A DNA stretch of 64,000 nt, taken from Eledone cirrhosa. Lineage: Eukaryota. The stretch is from contig OZ024743.1 of assembly GCA_964016885.1 (NCBI GenBank), positions 2,976,001-3,040,000 on the forward strand, given 5' to 3'. Shown here piece by piece: positions 25,860 through 38,789 of this stretch; the first letter of the stretch is position 1, and each line of letters begins with the position of its first letter. The translations under genes and the position numbers were made by a program. The notes under the pieces are model-generated. The model worked only from the letters and a program-made list of their open reading frames with translations. It ran no database searches and was not told the origin of the DNA.

Positions 25860-26470
25860 TAGTGAAGGGCGTAGTTACGTCCCTTTACGATCTGAGTTCA
25901 AATCCCGCCGAGGTTGACTTTGCCTTTCATCCTTACGGGGTCGATAAAATAAAGTACCAGTAATGCACTGGGGAATTGCTGGCCTTGTGCCTAAAGTAGA
26001 AACAATTATAGTGAAGGGCGGTGGATTGGCAGTGTCGGTACAGTACTGGACAACATGCTGTATGGTGCTCTACGAACTGAGTTGCAATCCTGCCGAGGTT
26101 AGATTTGCCTTTCCTCTTTACAGGGGTCGATAAAATAAAGTACCAGTAATACACTGGAGTCGATTTAATCGACCCTCCCCTCCCCCACCACCACCACCAC
26201 CACAAAAAAAAAATTACTGGCCTTGTGCTTAATGTAGAAATCATTATTATAGTCATTTGTCAAGGGCAGTGGATTGGCAGTATCGGTAGAGTGTCAGACA
26301 ACAAGCTTAGTGACATAGTTACAGCCCTTTATGTTGTGAGTTCAAATCTCACCAAGGTTAGCTTTACCTTTCATCCTTACGGGGTTGATAAAATAAAGTA
26401 CCAGTAATGCATTGGGGTTGATTTAATCGACTTTCCCTTCCCCCCAAAATTATTGGTCATATGCCTAAAT
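25860..26470 (+). mobile_element. Head-to-tail cluster of three family-1 tRNA-derived SINEs
   Basis: Three repeats of GAGTT(C/G)...ATC...CCTT(T/C)C...CGGGGT(C/T)GATAAAATAAAGTACCAGTAAT. Confidence 0.85.
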
Positions 26471-26607
26471 CAGTGGGATGGGACACACATATTTCATGAA
26501 ATAAGAAAACTCCAAAGAAGTGAAATTGTTCATTACCAGTTTGTGATAAGGGCATTTCATCTAATTTTTTTTTTTAAATCTAATTTTCAGCCAGTTTATT
26601 GAATACA

Positions 26608-26985
26608 AGGTATGTGACTGAGTGGTCAAGGTGTTGTACTCATGGTCATAGCTCCTTGGGTTCGATTCTTGGACAGGGTGGTACGTTGTATTTCTGAGAA
26701 AAATATTGTGTCATGGTGCCTTTTCTGCCAAGAGTATCAGCAATGGAAAGACCAATGGAAATATTGTCTCCTTGGTCCAGATTGATAACTAACAGATAAT
26801 ATCAACAATGGAAAGACCAATGGAAATATTGTCTCCTTGGTCCAGATTGATAACTAACAGATAATAACAACAATGGAAAGACCAATGGAAACATTATCTC
26901 CTTGGTCCAGATTGATAACTAACAGATAATAACAACAATGGAAAGACTAATGGAAACCTTGTCTCCTTGGTCCAATGTCATCATC
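26608..26985 (+). mobile_element. tRNA-headed SINE with an internal ~65-bp tandem repeat (~3.6 copies)
   Basis: GGTTCGATTC B-box at ~26659; CAATGGAAAGAC recurs at 26740, 26806, 26871 and 26936; inverted homolog at ~30770-31030. Confidence 0.7.
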
Positions 26986-27344
26986 AGATTGAATCAGTTT
27001 CATTCTTTTACTCAACATAAGAGAGAAGCAGTTGACTCTAAGTTTATTTTGTCCTTGCAAACATACACACATACTCTCTAATTTAGATATACACACAAAC
27101 ACACACAGACTCTAACACACATATACGTACGAATATATGCACACTCACTTATACACACACATCCACACACACACACACACACACCTCTTATGTTCTTGTA
27201 ATTATTATTCTTTTTGGGGTTGAAACAATTCTGCAAAGAAGAAAGATATTTTGGGAGTTTTTTTTGGTAGGGAGGTGAGGGAAATGCAAATTATTATTAT
27301 TATAAGCATACAATTAATATTTCAGAATTAATTCATTGATATTA

Positions 27345-27664
27345 TTGTGTGTGTATGTATATATATATATATATATTTATATAATGAAGTATTTAGATAT
27401 ACACGTATGTTTGTATACTTGTGTGTGTGTGTATATATATATACATATATATAAATATATATATATATTCATACACATATGTATGTTTATATAAATATAC
27501 TTTGGGAGGGTCATTCAAAAACGAATATATAAATATATATATATTTATATATATCTGTGTGTATATATATATACACATGTATATGTGTATATATGTATAT
27601 ATATATACATGTATATATACACCCACACACATATATATGTAGATAAATATGTGTGTATATATAG

Positions 27665-27711
<47 letters not shown>

Positions 27712-27780
27712 GATATATAAACAGATCTGTATATGTACTTAAATATATGAGCATAGATCTTATGCGGACATATATACACA
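27345..27780. repeat. Compound AT/GT microsatellite
   Basis: Direct inspection. Confidence 0.9.
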
Positions 27781-27940
27781 TTTCTACAGAATTAACCAAT
27801 GTCCAAAATATTCAGAATTATTTTTTACCAATATTTTCGAAACCAGCATCTTCATCATTGTCAGGACTTATTCTTATTATAATTTGAATTTTTATTATTA
27901 TATTTATTATTATTATGATTATTATTGTTGTTATTATATT

Positions 27941-28125
27941 TTGGCAGAATTGGTAGAGCGTCGGATAAAATGCCATTGTGGTATTTGTTCTGGCCCTTTA
28001 CATTTGGAGTTCAAATCCCACCGATGTAAATTTTGCCTTTCATCCTTCCAGGATCGATAAAATAAAATACCAGTTAAATACTGCGGTCAACATTATTGAC
28101 TTTCCACTTCTCCCAAATTACTGGC
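27941..28125 (+). mobile_element. Family-1 SINE
   Basis: TGGCAGAATTGGTAGAGC A-box, GAGTTCAAATCCC B-box and shared body. Confidence 0.8.
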
Positions 28126-28503
28126 TTTAGCGGCAAGTGTTGCCTTCCAGCCAGTTTGTTGAAAGGTGGGTGAGAGAGGCAAGAATGACCCGTGTGAATG
28201 GGCCTGCCCGGAGCGTATGCCTGTAGTATCATAGGAAGAAAACCGGAAGAGGGCGCTTGTCCTAGCGGTCAGGGTAACCGTGGCTTTTTTGTGGGCTTTC
28301 TCCACGAGTGACCCTCGGAAGTCTCCCCCCCTATTGGGGAATTTTTCCTTGTTTCATTTTTATACATATAATTTTGTTTTTGATTTTTTTTTACATGCAG
28401 AAATGCCCATTTGTACCGTCCTGTACTGTCCTTAATGTTATACTTTATGTCAACCCTTGTGGTTAATAAAGAAAGCATTATTATTACTATTATTATTATT
28501 ATT
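28126..28503 (+). mobile_element. Probable 3' end of an L1/Tx1-type LINE
   Basis: GC-richer segment reading FVERWVREARMTRVNGPARSVCL*, then T-rich UTR, AATAAA (~28465) and (ATT)n tail; clade assignment is tentative. Confidence 0.45.
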
Positions 28504-29139
28504 TTCATAAAGTTTATTAACAAATCGGTAAAAAAGCAAACTTAATACCTTGTGGCATGAGTTTACTTGTCTTTACTGTCTGAGTTCAAATCTCACTAAG
28601 GTCAACTTTGTCTTTCAACCATCCAAGGGCCAATGAAATAAGCTGTGGCTGATTATATCAAAGTCCCCCTCCAACCTAATTTAAAAAAAAATTGTATTAG
28701 ATTTCATTATATATCTCTTATATTTCATTTTACTAGCTGATGATAAAATAAATAAGTCAAGTATTGGAGAGCATTAATCAACTATGACCTTTTCCAAAAT
28801 CTCTGGTCTTGTGCCTTTATTTGAAACTACTAGTTGTAGTATCATTTTGAAATTAATTAAGAATTTGGAGATATTTAATTAACTTTCCCATTAAGCTGGA
28901 ATTTGAAACAAATTTACAGTGGATTCTACATAAAATTATGATAGAAGATTTGTAGATAAATATAAACACTCAGAATCAGAGTCATTCCAGGTAGAGCCTC
29001 TACTTCTCCAAATTGAGAGATCATAGCTTCGATACTATGGGCATGTGGTTAGAATGTCTCAGAAAGGAATCAGTGGACAGATTTTACAGGCAAAACCAAC
29101 CGGCAGGAAATCCAGGGGTAGACCCTAAGCAAGATATTA

Positions 29140-29500
29140 AAATTCTGCCGAGGTTAGTTTTGCCTTTCATGCTTAGTGTTGATAAAATAAAACACCAGTA
29201 ATGCACTGGGGTCGATTTAATCGACTTTCCACTCCTCGCAAATTGCTGGGTTTGTGCCTATAATAGAATTATTATTATTATTATTAGTTGGGTGGTGAAG
29301 TGCCAAAATCATTTAACGTGTTGAACAAAACATTTTTATTCTGGCTGTTTAAATTCTGAGATCAAATCTTACCTTCGTTGACTTGGCCTTTCATTCTTCC
29401 AGAATTGATAAAATAAAGTACCAATCAAGTACTGATGTTGATATAATCAACTACACCCTCCTCCAAGTTTCAGGTCTTGTCACTATGTAAGAAATCATAA
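29140..29500 (+). mobile_element. Two family-1 SINE copies
   Basis: Shared GCCTTTCAT...GATAAAATAAA...CCA body occurs twice. Confidence 0.7.
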
Positions 29501-30769
29501 CTATTGATTTGGTAGTGAGTTCAATTTTGATATGGTTCCAAGCATCTTCACAGATGATAGAATAAATTCCAGTCATATAGGACATTGATTCAATCATATT
29601 TTTACCATTAAATATGTAGCCTTATGCCTAAGTTAAAAATTATGACTATTGACAAAAACTAAAGAAAATAGTGGATGTAGCATGGGTAAATGGTTAAGGA
29701 GTTCACTTTGCAATCATTAGCTCTCAAGTTCAATCTCACTCCATGGTATCATTAGCAACTATTATTTACTGTAACTTTGTTTTGACCTAGGCCTGTGAGT
29801 GAAACTGGGTAGGCGGAAACTGTTTGGAAGCCTGTCAGATGAACTGTACTAGTAATTCCAAGGACCAGCTTTGTCGTGCATTGGGCCATGTTGAATCTCC
29901 CTGAGATTCAATCACTTGCATGTTAATTTCATGAGCAGGCTGTTCTGTTGATTGAACTGGAAAAATCAATGTTGAAAGTGATGAAGCTCGATTCCATAGA
30001 CAAAGAAATGGTAGATTGTCAGGCTTGATGTTGTAGTTGTTGTTTTATTGATGTTTTACTTAGATGAGGAAGAATGGTATCTGTGGTCCCTTTTGTTTTC
30101 AGTGCATCTAAAATTGGTGGAAAATATTCTTGAACTTGGCAACCTGGATCCTGTACTTGCAACTAAAGACACACAAGGGCCAGATGTGTTAATCCTTTTG
30201 TTACCATATTTCTAATGAACTCACAGTATTCAAATTAATTAATGAAGAATTTTGTGGCATTTGGGATTTACTCAAATTATTAATTATTTCATTAAGATAG
30301 TTTCCTTTTTGCCCAAATATGACATCAATGATATTGTAAATGAGAACTGTTTAACACCTTAGCCAAACATATTGATGTTAATTCATTCAGCCACAACATC
30401 GTAGTCTTTAACTCTTAATGTCCTGTACTGCATGAAACCACAATAGCAAGACATCCTTGAAAAGTATAAAACAGCACTACGACTGCATCACATTAAAAAT
30501 TGAAGCTTTAACTTTAAAATTGGTAATTTTCACAACAATCTCTACATTAGTAAAGATATAAACATTTGAATTAATAAACCCAGTTTTAAATAATGTTTTG
30601 CTAAATCATTACAGGATCGTAAACTCCTGTAATATATGCAACTTATATAGTTAAGGACAGATCATAAATAGAACATACTTAAACTCTTCGATGAGTCAGT
30701 AAGGGAAACTCTATAGTTACTTAACCTGTTAAAAATAGTAGCTAAAGAAAGAAAAGGAGCTGATGGTCA

Positions 30770-31030
30770 GATTATACCAAAGAAACAATGTTTCCATTTG
30801 TCTTTCCATTGCTGATGTCATCTGTCAATTCTCAGATCAGACCAAGGAAATAATGTTTCCAGTGGTCTTTCTATTGCTGATAGTATATGCGGGTGGCAAT
30901 TTTGGCAGAAGAAGCAATTTGAAATAAAGTATATTGTTCAAGAATACAACACACATCCCAGTGCAGGAATCGAACCAACAACCTTATAATTGTGATGTCC
31001 AATATTCTAACCACTAGTCCGCATGCCTTC
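30770..31030 (-). mobile_element. Inverted homolog of the SINE at 26608-26985
   Basis: Reverse-complement B-box (GGAATCGAACC) and reverse-complement GTCTTTCCATTG units. Confidence 0.65.
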
Positions 31031-31482
31031 ATAGCAACCAAATCTTCCTCAAAATCACATCTACCACTATAAAATAAGGAAAGACATACTACATAATATA
31101 GGGAATGTCATAGCTGGAATATCTTATGCCATACATCTGTTCAATCAGGGGTTAAAACAACAACAGCCTAAGCCCACCAATCCTCATAACCCACTTCTAA
31201 TTTACTGGAGCCCTTACTAAGCATTCTTAACTTAATACTGTTTCAATTTGATGACATTTCAGATATCTAACTCTTCAAATCACACCACCATTATCTATAA
31301 AGTACCAGTAATATACCAAGGAAGACACACATATATCCTATACAAAAGTGCCCTTATCTCTAGTCAAGAGAATTCATACTCATAAGCATTGTTAATAATA
31401 ATTGATATAATATTATCTCCCTCTCATACATATGCATTCACAAATACATACGCGTGTGTATTTGTGTGTGTGTATATATATA

Positions 31483-31700
31483 AAGGTGCACAACTTAATG
31501 ACTAGCATGTTGGACTTATAATCGTAATGCCATCGGTCTGATCCTTGGACTGGGTGATGTGTTGTGTTCTTGAGCAAAACACTTCATTTCACATTGCTCC
31601 AGTCCACTCAACTGGAAACGAGTACCAGCAGTTGATGGGGGCTAACTTTGTGATGGACTGGTGTCTTGTCCAGAGGAGTGTCTTGTATTCTCAGTTACTT
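31483..31700 (+). mobile_element. Decayed CORE-like SINE
   Basis: GTGTTCTTGAGCAAAACACTTCATTTCACATTGCTCCAGT core. Confidence 0.65.
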
Positions 31701-32099
31701 AACACTAATGAAACTGGGATAAGCTTTTGTCTAATGTGCCTCTGGGCTTGAGACGGACTTGGCAATCTGTAAAAACTCAGAATAGTAATAGAGAGGAATC
31801 TCAGTGATATAATACTTTCTACTTCGGTATTGAGCGCTTTTTCCTTGGGAGATGGACAGCAGGAGGATTTCAGATAAGAATCTATTCTCTCCCATCCTAC
31901 CACTGGACTGGACCACATAACATGACTCCTGGGTGCTCCAACTGCAAACAAAAGCTTTACATTCTCAGTTCTAATCTAACCAACATCTACTTTGATCTAC
32001 ACCTTTCTGGTAGGAGGAGGAGTATTGATAAAATAGGTGTTATGTCAAAATAATTGACTACATCTATCCTATGAATATCCATTGATTTATGCCTGTGTT

Positions 32100-32460
32100 A
32101 GACATAGAGCGTTGTACACTATGCTTTGCAGTATAGAGTTACGACCCTTTATGTTCTGAGTCCAAATCCTGTTGAGCCTAGCTTTGCCTTTCATCTTTAC
32201 GGGGTCGATAATATAAAGAACCAGTAACGCACTGAGGTCAATATAATCAACTTTCTCTTCTTTCACATTATGAAATGTTAGAAACAATGGCAGTATCGGT
32301 AAAGGGCGGATGCCATGCTTTGCAGCATAGTTACGTTCCTTTACGGTTTGAGTTCAAATCCCGCCGAGGTTAACTTTGCCTTTCATCGTTATGGGGTCAA
32401 TAAAATAAAGTACCAGTAATGTCCTGGGTAATTGCTGGCCTTGTGCCAAAAGTAGAAACA
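32100..32460 (+). mobile_element. Two tandem family-1 SINEs
   Basis: GAGT(C/T)CAAATCC...GCCTTTCATC...GGGGTC body occurs twice. Confidence 0.8.
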
Positions 32461-32479
32461 ATTAATTATGAAATTGTAC

Positions 32480-32594
32480 CACACACACACACACACTATA
32501 TCGTTACATCATTCCAGAGAAAAAAAATGATTGTATGTGTACACACACACACTATATCGTTACATCATTCCAGAGAAAAAAAATGATTGTATGT

Positions 32595-32655
<61 letters not shown>
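32480..32655. repeat. ~55-bp direct duplication followed by (CA)n
   Basis: CACTATATCGTTACATCATTCCAGAGAAAAAAAATGATTGTATGTGTACAC occurs twice. Confidence 0.9.
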
Positions 32656-32658
<3 letters not shown>

Positions 32659-33684
32659 TCAGACATACAATATATACACCACATTAACATACACAGTGCA
32701 AGTTTGTACAGGCTGAGTCAAAGAGGGAGTATTTAGATTGTCTGACTTACTAGAAATAGCAACCAAATCTTCCCTTACTCAAATCACTCATTCATTACCA
32801 GAACTGCACATAAGATAGTGTAGTCCTAGATAAATCATGTCAGAAAAAAGAAATAGAATGCTTATGGTTAGGAAATTTTGATTATAAGTGTACCTGATCT
32901 GAGCAGGCCTAGGACTTTGTGTGTTAAACAATAAAGCCAGCACTAGTGTTCCAGTGTTTTGACTAATAGAACAGCCTACTTGTGAAATTAATGTGTAAGT
33001 GTCCTAGCATTCCACAAACATGTGTAGCTTTAATGTAATTCTCAAGTAGATTCAGCATAACATAATGTATGACAAGGCTGGTCTTTTGAATAGCAGATAC
33101 AACTCATTTTTGCCAGTGCAATATGAAATAAAGTGTCTTGCTCAAGGACACACTGCCATCTGAAATTGAACTCATGACCTTATGATTGTGAGATGAACAC
33201 TTTAACCACAAACCTCATCTACAGCCCCTCACACACACAAGCACATCCACTCACACCCATATACACACACAGACACATCTTCTGTATGTTAAAAGTATAT
33301 TTCATCCTAATGTGTTTCTTTTTTTTGTCATTGTTTTATTTTTTGTTGTTATTGTTTTTTTTCTATGTTAATATTCAGTTGTTTATATTTCTAAGCCGTG
33401 TTTCTTTCATTGATCATAAATAAACACCATTGTAAGAGGAACCTTTTGTTTTTGTTACTCAAATATTATTTTGTTTATTTCTAGTTTTTTTTTCTTTTCC
33501 TCGCACTCCCGTTTTTATTTTTATTTTTATTTTTATTTACAAGGGTTGCAGGGCGCAGTCCCCAAACCACTGCACACTAATCCCAGAGCTCATCATCCCT
33601 CCCATTCTTCTGTGACCCTAGAGCTCTTGTCTTCCCCATCCTTTTCTGTTTATAAATATTTATAGTCATTACCATCATCCTTGT

Positions 33685-33898
33685 TTACCCCTTTAGCATT
33701 TAAACCCGCCATATCCGGTCAGAATTCTCTCACCTCTTTTTTCTCTTCAAACTAGCCATAACTGGATGCTTATACTTATGTTAAAGTATTGTTCTCAAAA
33801 TGAATATCAAAATCTCATGGATTCGATATAATGTGAGATAATTATGTTAGATAAAGCTTTTACCACAAAATACAGTAATGTAAATACTAAAGGGTTAA
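33685..33898 (-). mobile_element. TTAA-type MITE family A, inverted copy
   Basis: CCCTTTAGCATTTAAA ... TAAATACTAAAGGGTTAA; reverse complement of 4046-4260. Confidence 0.7.
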
Positions 33899-34083
33899 CA
33901 GCCATCTTTCACTCTAGCATGTAGTGTTGTTAATTGAAATATATTTTATGGTTTATAAGAAGGCATTGTGGCTTATTACATCAAATATGTTTTAATAGAA
34001 ATATTTATTTGTGTTTTATATCTCAGCATTTAACAAGTCATCTCTAGTAAGTTGCTTAATCCATGTTCGTTTATTTGCCGAAT

Positions 34084-36490
34084 TATAATAATAATAATGA
34101 AATTATTGTGTACAGTGCTCAGGTGCACTACAACTCATCAAAGGTGCATGTATAGTACATAGAATAATGTACAAATGTCAGGAAAATGAACAGTGTATGA
34201 GTCATGATATAATAATAATGAAATATTGTGTACAGTGCCCAGGTGCACCACAACTCATCAAAAAGTGCATGTACAGTACATAGGGCAATGCACAAACATC
34301 AGGAAAATGAACAGCGTACGAGTCATGATACACACGTGTGCATGTGTATGGAAGGGGTACATCAGGTGTAGTTTTGAAGTATTTCGGGAAGCATGAGTGT
34401 CTTAAAGGATGCAGTGTCTCGGCAGCTAACAACTGACGCAGGCAGTTTGTTCCATGCTTCAGCAACTCTGAGCGTGAAAAAATGTCTACGAAAGTCATGG
34501 GAGCTGTGCTTTTTTCTGATTTTGTAGGCATGTCCACGTGTGTTAGACACATGGAGATCAAAGAGGCGCTCAGGGTTGCAATTGGTGAGATGATTAATAA
34601 CTTTGTGGGTATTTACCAAGTCCATTGCCAGACGTCGGAGCTTCAATGAATCCATGCCCAGGGAAGCAAGGTGTTCAAAGTATGGTAGGTGTCTGATGGA
34701 GGGTATGCGCTTGGTTGCACGTCTCTGAACAGTTTCCAGGAGGTCAATGTTCTGAGCAAGATAGGGGTTCCAGACTGATGATGTGAATTCCAAGTGTGGT
34801 CGTACCATAGCTGTATACAGTTTTAAATAGATGGCTGGAGAGCGGCTAACAAAGATCTTGCTGAGTGATGCCAAGACACCCTCGGCCTTCTTGACAATCT
34901 TAGAGACATGCTTTGTCCAATGCAAATCGCTGCTGACAGTAATGCCCAGGTCACGTTCACCAGAGGACTTCTTGATATCAGTGTTGTGGAGGGAGTATGT
35001 GCTCGCTGGCTTTTTCCTCCCAAAATGCATGGTGGTACACTTGTCCACAGCCAGCTTCAGTTGCCAGTCTGTGATCCATTGCTGCATTGTGTCCAGGTCT
35101 GATTGTAGGAAAGAGTTGTAGATTTCAGGATCAGTCCTTTTGATTTCAAGGTACAGCTTGATGTCATCTGCATATTTCAGTACCGTGGCATTCTGTAAGT
35201 TGGCATCTATGTCATTAATATATGCCACAAACAAAAGGGGACCAAGAACAGATCCTTGTGGTACAGCAGATGACATCTCATATGGTGAAGAATGCTGTCC
35301 TAGAACCGTGACTACTTCTTTTCGGCTGAGAATGAAGGATTTCAACCAGTCGAAAAGATCATCCCTCACACCCATTGCAGAGAGTTTTGCCATAAGTCTT
35401 TTGTGTGGCACAGAATTAAAAGCCTTAGCAAAGTCAAGGTAAACAACATCCACCCATGAGCCGCTGTCAGTGATCCGGGTGATGTCTTCAAGGAACTCGA
35501 TAAGCTGATCACAGCAGCTGGAGTTAGGGATAAATCCAAACTGTGAGGGCCGGATGAGGCTGTGAGAGCTCCAGAAGTTCCAAAGTGTTTCTCTGACACA
35601 GGATTCCATCAGTTTGGCAATACAGCTCGTAAGACTGACTGGACGATAGTTGACAGGTGACGTGCGGTCGCCCTTTGTGAACAGGGAATGACACTGGCAG
35701 TTTTCCACTGCTCCGGAGTAGCACCATTGTTGAGACAGTATTGAAAGAAGAAAGAAAGCTGGTGCAAAAGGAAGTACCTGCCACGTTTGAGAAGCAGGTA
35801 TGTAACACCATCAAGACCAGGGGAGGCATAGTTGCGCTTATTCTTAAGGTGACGTTGCAACATTGCAGGTGTAAATTCCATAGTTGTTATGGAATTTGTT
35901 GTTAGAGATGGTGAAGATGGTACATTCTGGTTTTCAACAGTAAAAATACTTGCATAGCACTCAGCAATGAGTTCTGCGCATTCTTTGGGATCGTCAGTGA
36001 TCTGGCTTGTGTGGGGATTGCGAAGAGGACCAACTGGAGAGTGAGGTCTCTGCTTTGAATGAACATATTTCCAGAACACCTTACTGTCAGGATTGGTTGC
36101 TATGCACTGTTCAAATTCAAGCACTGCCTTCTTTGTCACTTGCTTGAGATGGTTAGAAGATTTATTCCGCTTTTTTCTGTTGGTATTTGATTTATGCAGT
36201 TTATATTCCCGTTCAGCGTTCCGACGTTCTTTCCTGGCAAGTCGGACCGCTGAACTTTCCCAAATTGCACTTTTGGGGTGGTTTTTTTTCTGCTTACGTG
36301 GCACCGATGCTGCACACGCTATCCATATTGAGTCCAGGATGCTCTGGAGTATAGTGTTCACATCTCCAGAGTTATACATCTCATGCCAGTTTGGGCGCTG
36401 TAGCTCAGTGCAGTACAAGTTCCAATCTGCTTTCTTCCAGTCAAAGCAAGCAGATTGGAGATGGCTCTGGTTTCAAATTAGATTGTTTTG
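34084..36490 (-). mobile_element. 5'-truncated CR1/L2-superclade LINE, nearly intact ORF2 (RT), duplicated 3' UTR with (ATT)n tails
   Basis: ORFs 35609-36418 and 34362-35708 join via a single frameshift near 35685; motifs NYRPVSLTS, VYLDFAKAF, VPQGSVLGPLLF, YADD, LETVQRRATK and FFTLRVAEAWNKLP. Confidence 0.93.
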
Positions 36491-36724
36491 TTTTTAGTAT
36501 CCATGTGTTAATATGTTTAGATATTTAATTATTTATTAAAATAAGATACACACACACATACATATATACATATATATATATTATGTATATATATAACATT
36601 AATTAATGATTATTAATAATGTTATTATTTATAAGATTCTTTTTCTTTCTGAATGGCTGTAGCCTTAAAAATTAACCAATTCAATGACGTCCCCAAAACA
36701 ATATAAAAATAAATGGCAATAACG

Positions 36725-38130
36725 GCTCTGGAACCACACCAGGTGAAATGGTCTGGCCCAGCAGGGACCCCAGGGCATCACAGCCTGGACCCGGCCGTCA
36801 TCATGCCACTGTGATAGAACCAAACAAAACATTGAATATCGGCTGTTGGAATATAAGGACACTGCTTGACAGTGATTCCTCAGAACGTTCTGACAAAGGA
36901 CCGTTCTTGTTGCAAGAGCTTCGTTGTTATTATCTTGACATCATCGCTTTATCTGAGACAAGGTTAGCTGGAGATGGTTATCTTATGGAATTTTGTGGAA
37001 AATATACATTCTTTTGGAAAGGGATAGATGAAGGAATTAGAAGAGAGGCTGGAGTAGCATTTGCTGTTAAGACTGCTGTTGTAGATAAGTTAGAAGAATT
37101 TCCAGTGGGGTTAGCGAGTACCTTATGTCCATGAGAATTCCGTTGGACAAAGGAAGGTATGAAACCCTGGTGAGTGTGTATGCTCCAACTATGAATTTTG
37201 TTGTTGAGGAAAAAGTATCGTTCTAGCATGCTTTGAAAGGTATTATAAGAAATATCCCTCAGACAAAGTAATCTTGCTGGGTGACTTTAATGCTAGAGTG
37301 GGTAGGGATTTTAACACATGGACTGTGATAGGAAGGCATGGAGTGAGAAAGTGTAACAGCAATGGTATGCTTCTGCTGCAGATGTGTGAGGAGCTGGATC
37401 TGTGTGTTACCAACACCATGTTTCAGCAAAAGAATAAGTTTAAGACCACATGGATGCACCCTGCATCTAAAGAATGGCATCTTCTGGACTACATCCGAGA
37501 ACACTTTGATAAACTTTTGAATCAGCCATCTGTTATCAATGAAGATTTCCTCAATCTCATCCCTGAAAAACCCGTGAAAGTAGCTCTCACAGAACCGACG
37601 TTAGGTATGGATGGCATATATGCAGAGCTCTTACAATATGGTGGTGAAAGACTTCTGCGACATATTCACTCTTTGTTTGGTAGGATATGGACTAGTGAAT
37701 CCATACCTGAGGACTGTAGAGATGCAGTAATGGTGGTCTTGTACAAGGGAAAGGGTAACAAAAATGATTGTGGAAACTATAGGGGTATATCATTGCTTTC
37801 TGTCGTAGGAAAAATTTTATGTAGGGTGCTTCTGGCCCGTCTACTAACTAACATTGCAGACTGTGTTCTTCCTGAAAGTCAATCTGGTTTCCATGCCGGA
37901 TGCAGCACTACATGTAAAAAACGGACCCCCAAATAAAAAAAAGCTGGACTCGAAAGTCATCTTCACAGTCATAAAGTGAGACCAGTGGTTGACTACCAGG
38001 CTATTGTCAGAGATGCTGCTCATCATACCTATCAAGCATGTGGAAGAGAGTGTAGATCAGCAGGAGGGTTCAAACAGTTGTCAACTCCGTGCAAGACAAT
38101 TTAGATTATTGGTTGGGCTAAAAAGCCACA
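36725..38130 (+). mobile_element. RTE (BovB-like) LINE remnant: APE endonuclease plus N-terminal RT, internally deleted
   Basis: LNIGCWNIRTL, IIALSETRL, LGDFNARVG, TWMHP...WHLLDY, DCGNYRGISLLS and ESQSGF motifs; C-terminal C2H2 remnant ACGRECRSAGG. Confidence 0.9.
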
Positions 38131-38789
38131 TTCGATCATAGCACCATTAATTAATAATGTATATGTGTGTTCTTTTTTTTTTCGTGCAATGGCCATACTC
38201 AATAACGAGGGGTCAGCCTTAATATCCACCTTTCCTGCTGGTGAGGGTTGGATGGGTTGTCACAGACTAGGTTAGTTCTTTAGTGGAGTTACAGACCTCT
38301 TAGTTGAGTCAGGGGTCAACATCTCACTAACATATGTTCCCACACTATACTGAATACATTTTATCATAGCACCAACACCAGGGAGATTATCTTGTCTTTG
38401 ACACAGCTGAAGAGTCATCTCAACTCTTTGTTTGGCATATTTTCCACAGCCGGATGCCCTTCATATCATCAATCACTTTTCAGAGCGTACTGGGTGTGTT
38501 TATCAAGTAGAAAGGTTGTGCACTCAAAACAACAAGAGAGACCTCTTGATCTTATCACCTGAAAAAGAGGTAGGCAGATGGTTGTAAATGCTAAAGGAAG
38601 AGGTTTGTCAATGTTGTGTGACAGGAGAGAGAAGAGGTGTGTCAATGTTGTGTGACGGGGGAGAGAGATAGGAAGAGGTGTGTCAGTATTTAGTGACATA
38701 AAGTCTGGGAGCAAGAGATGTTTCAGATTGCAAGACAGTTTAAAGGAAACAACGAAGAATTTGTTGGGGAGAAATGTGTATAGCATGAC

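Noticed and set aside
26740-26975. Regularly spaced repeats resembling a CRISPR array (also 18268-18700)
   Set aside because: The intervening sequences are themselves repeated, there are no unique spacers or cas genes, and the context is eukaryotic
36650-36720. CCAAT / TGACGT / TATAAA cluster suggesting a promoter between the divergent LINEs
   Set aside because: Short motifs in AT-rich DNA with no downstream host gene; unsupported without TSS data
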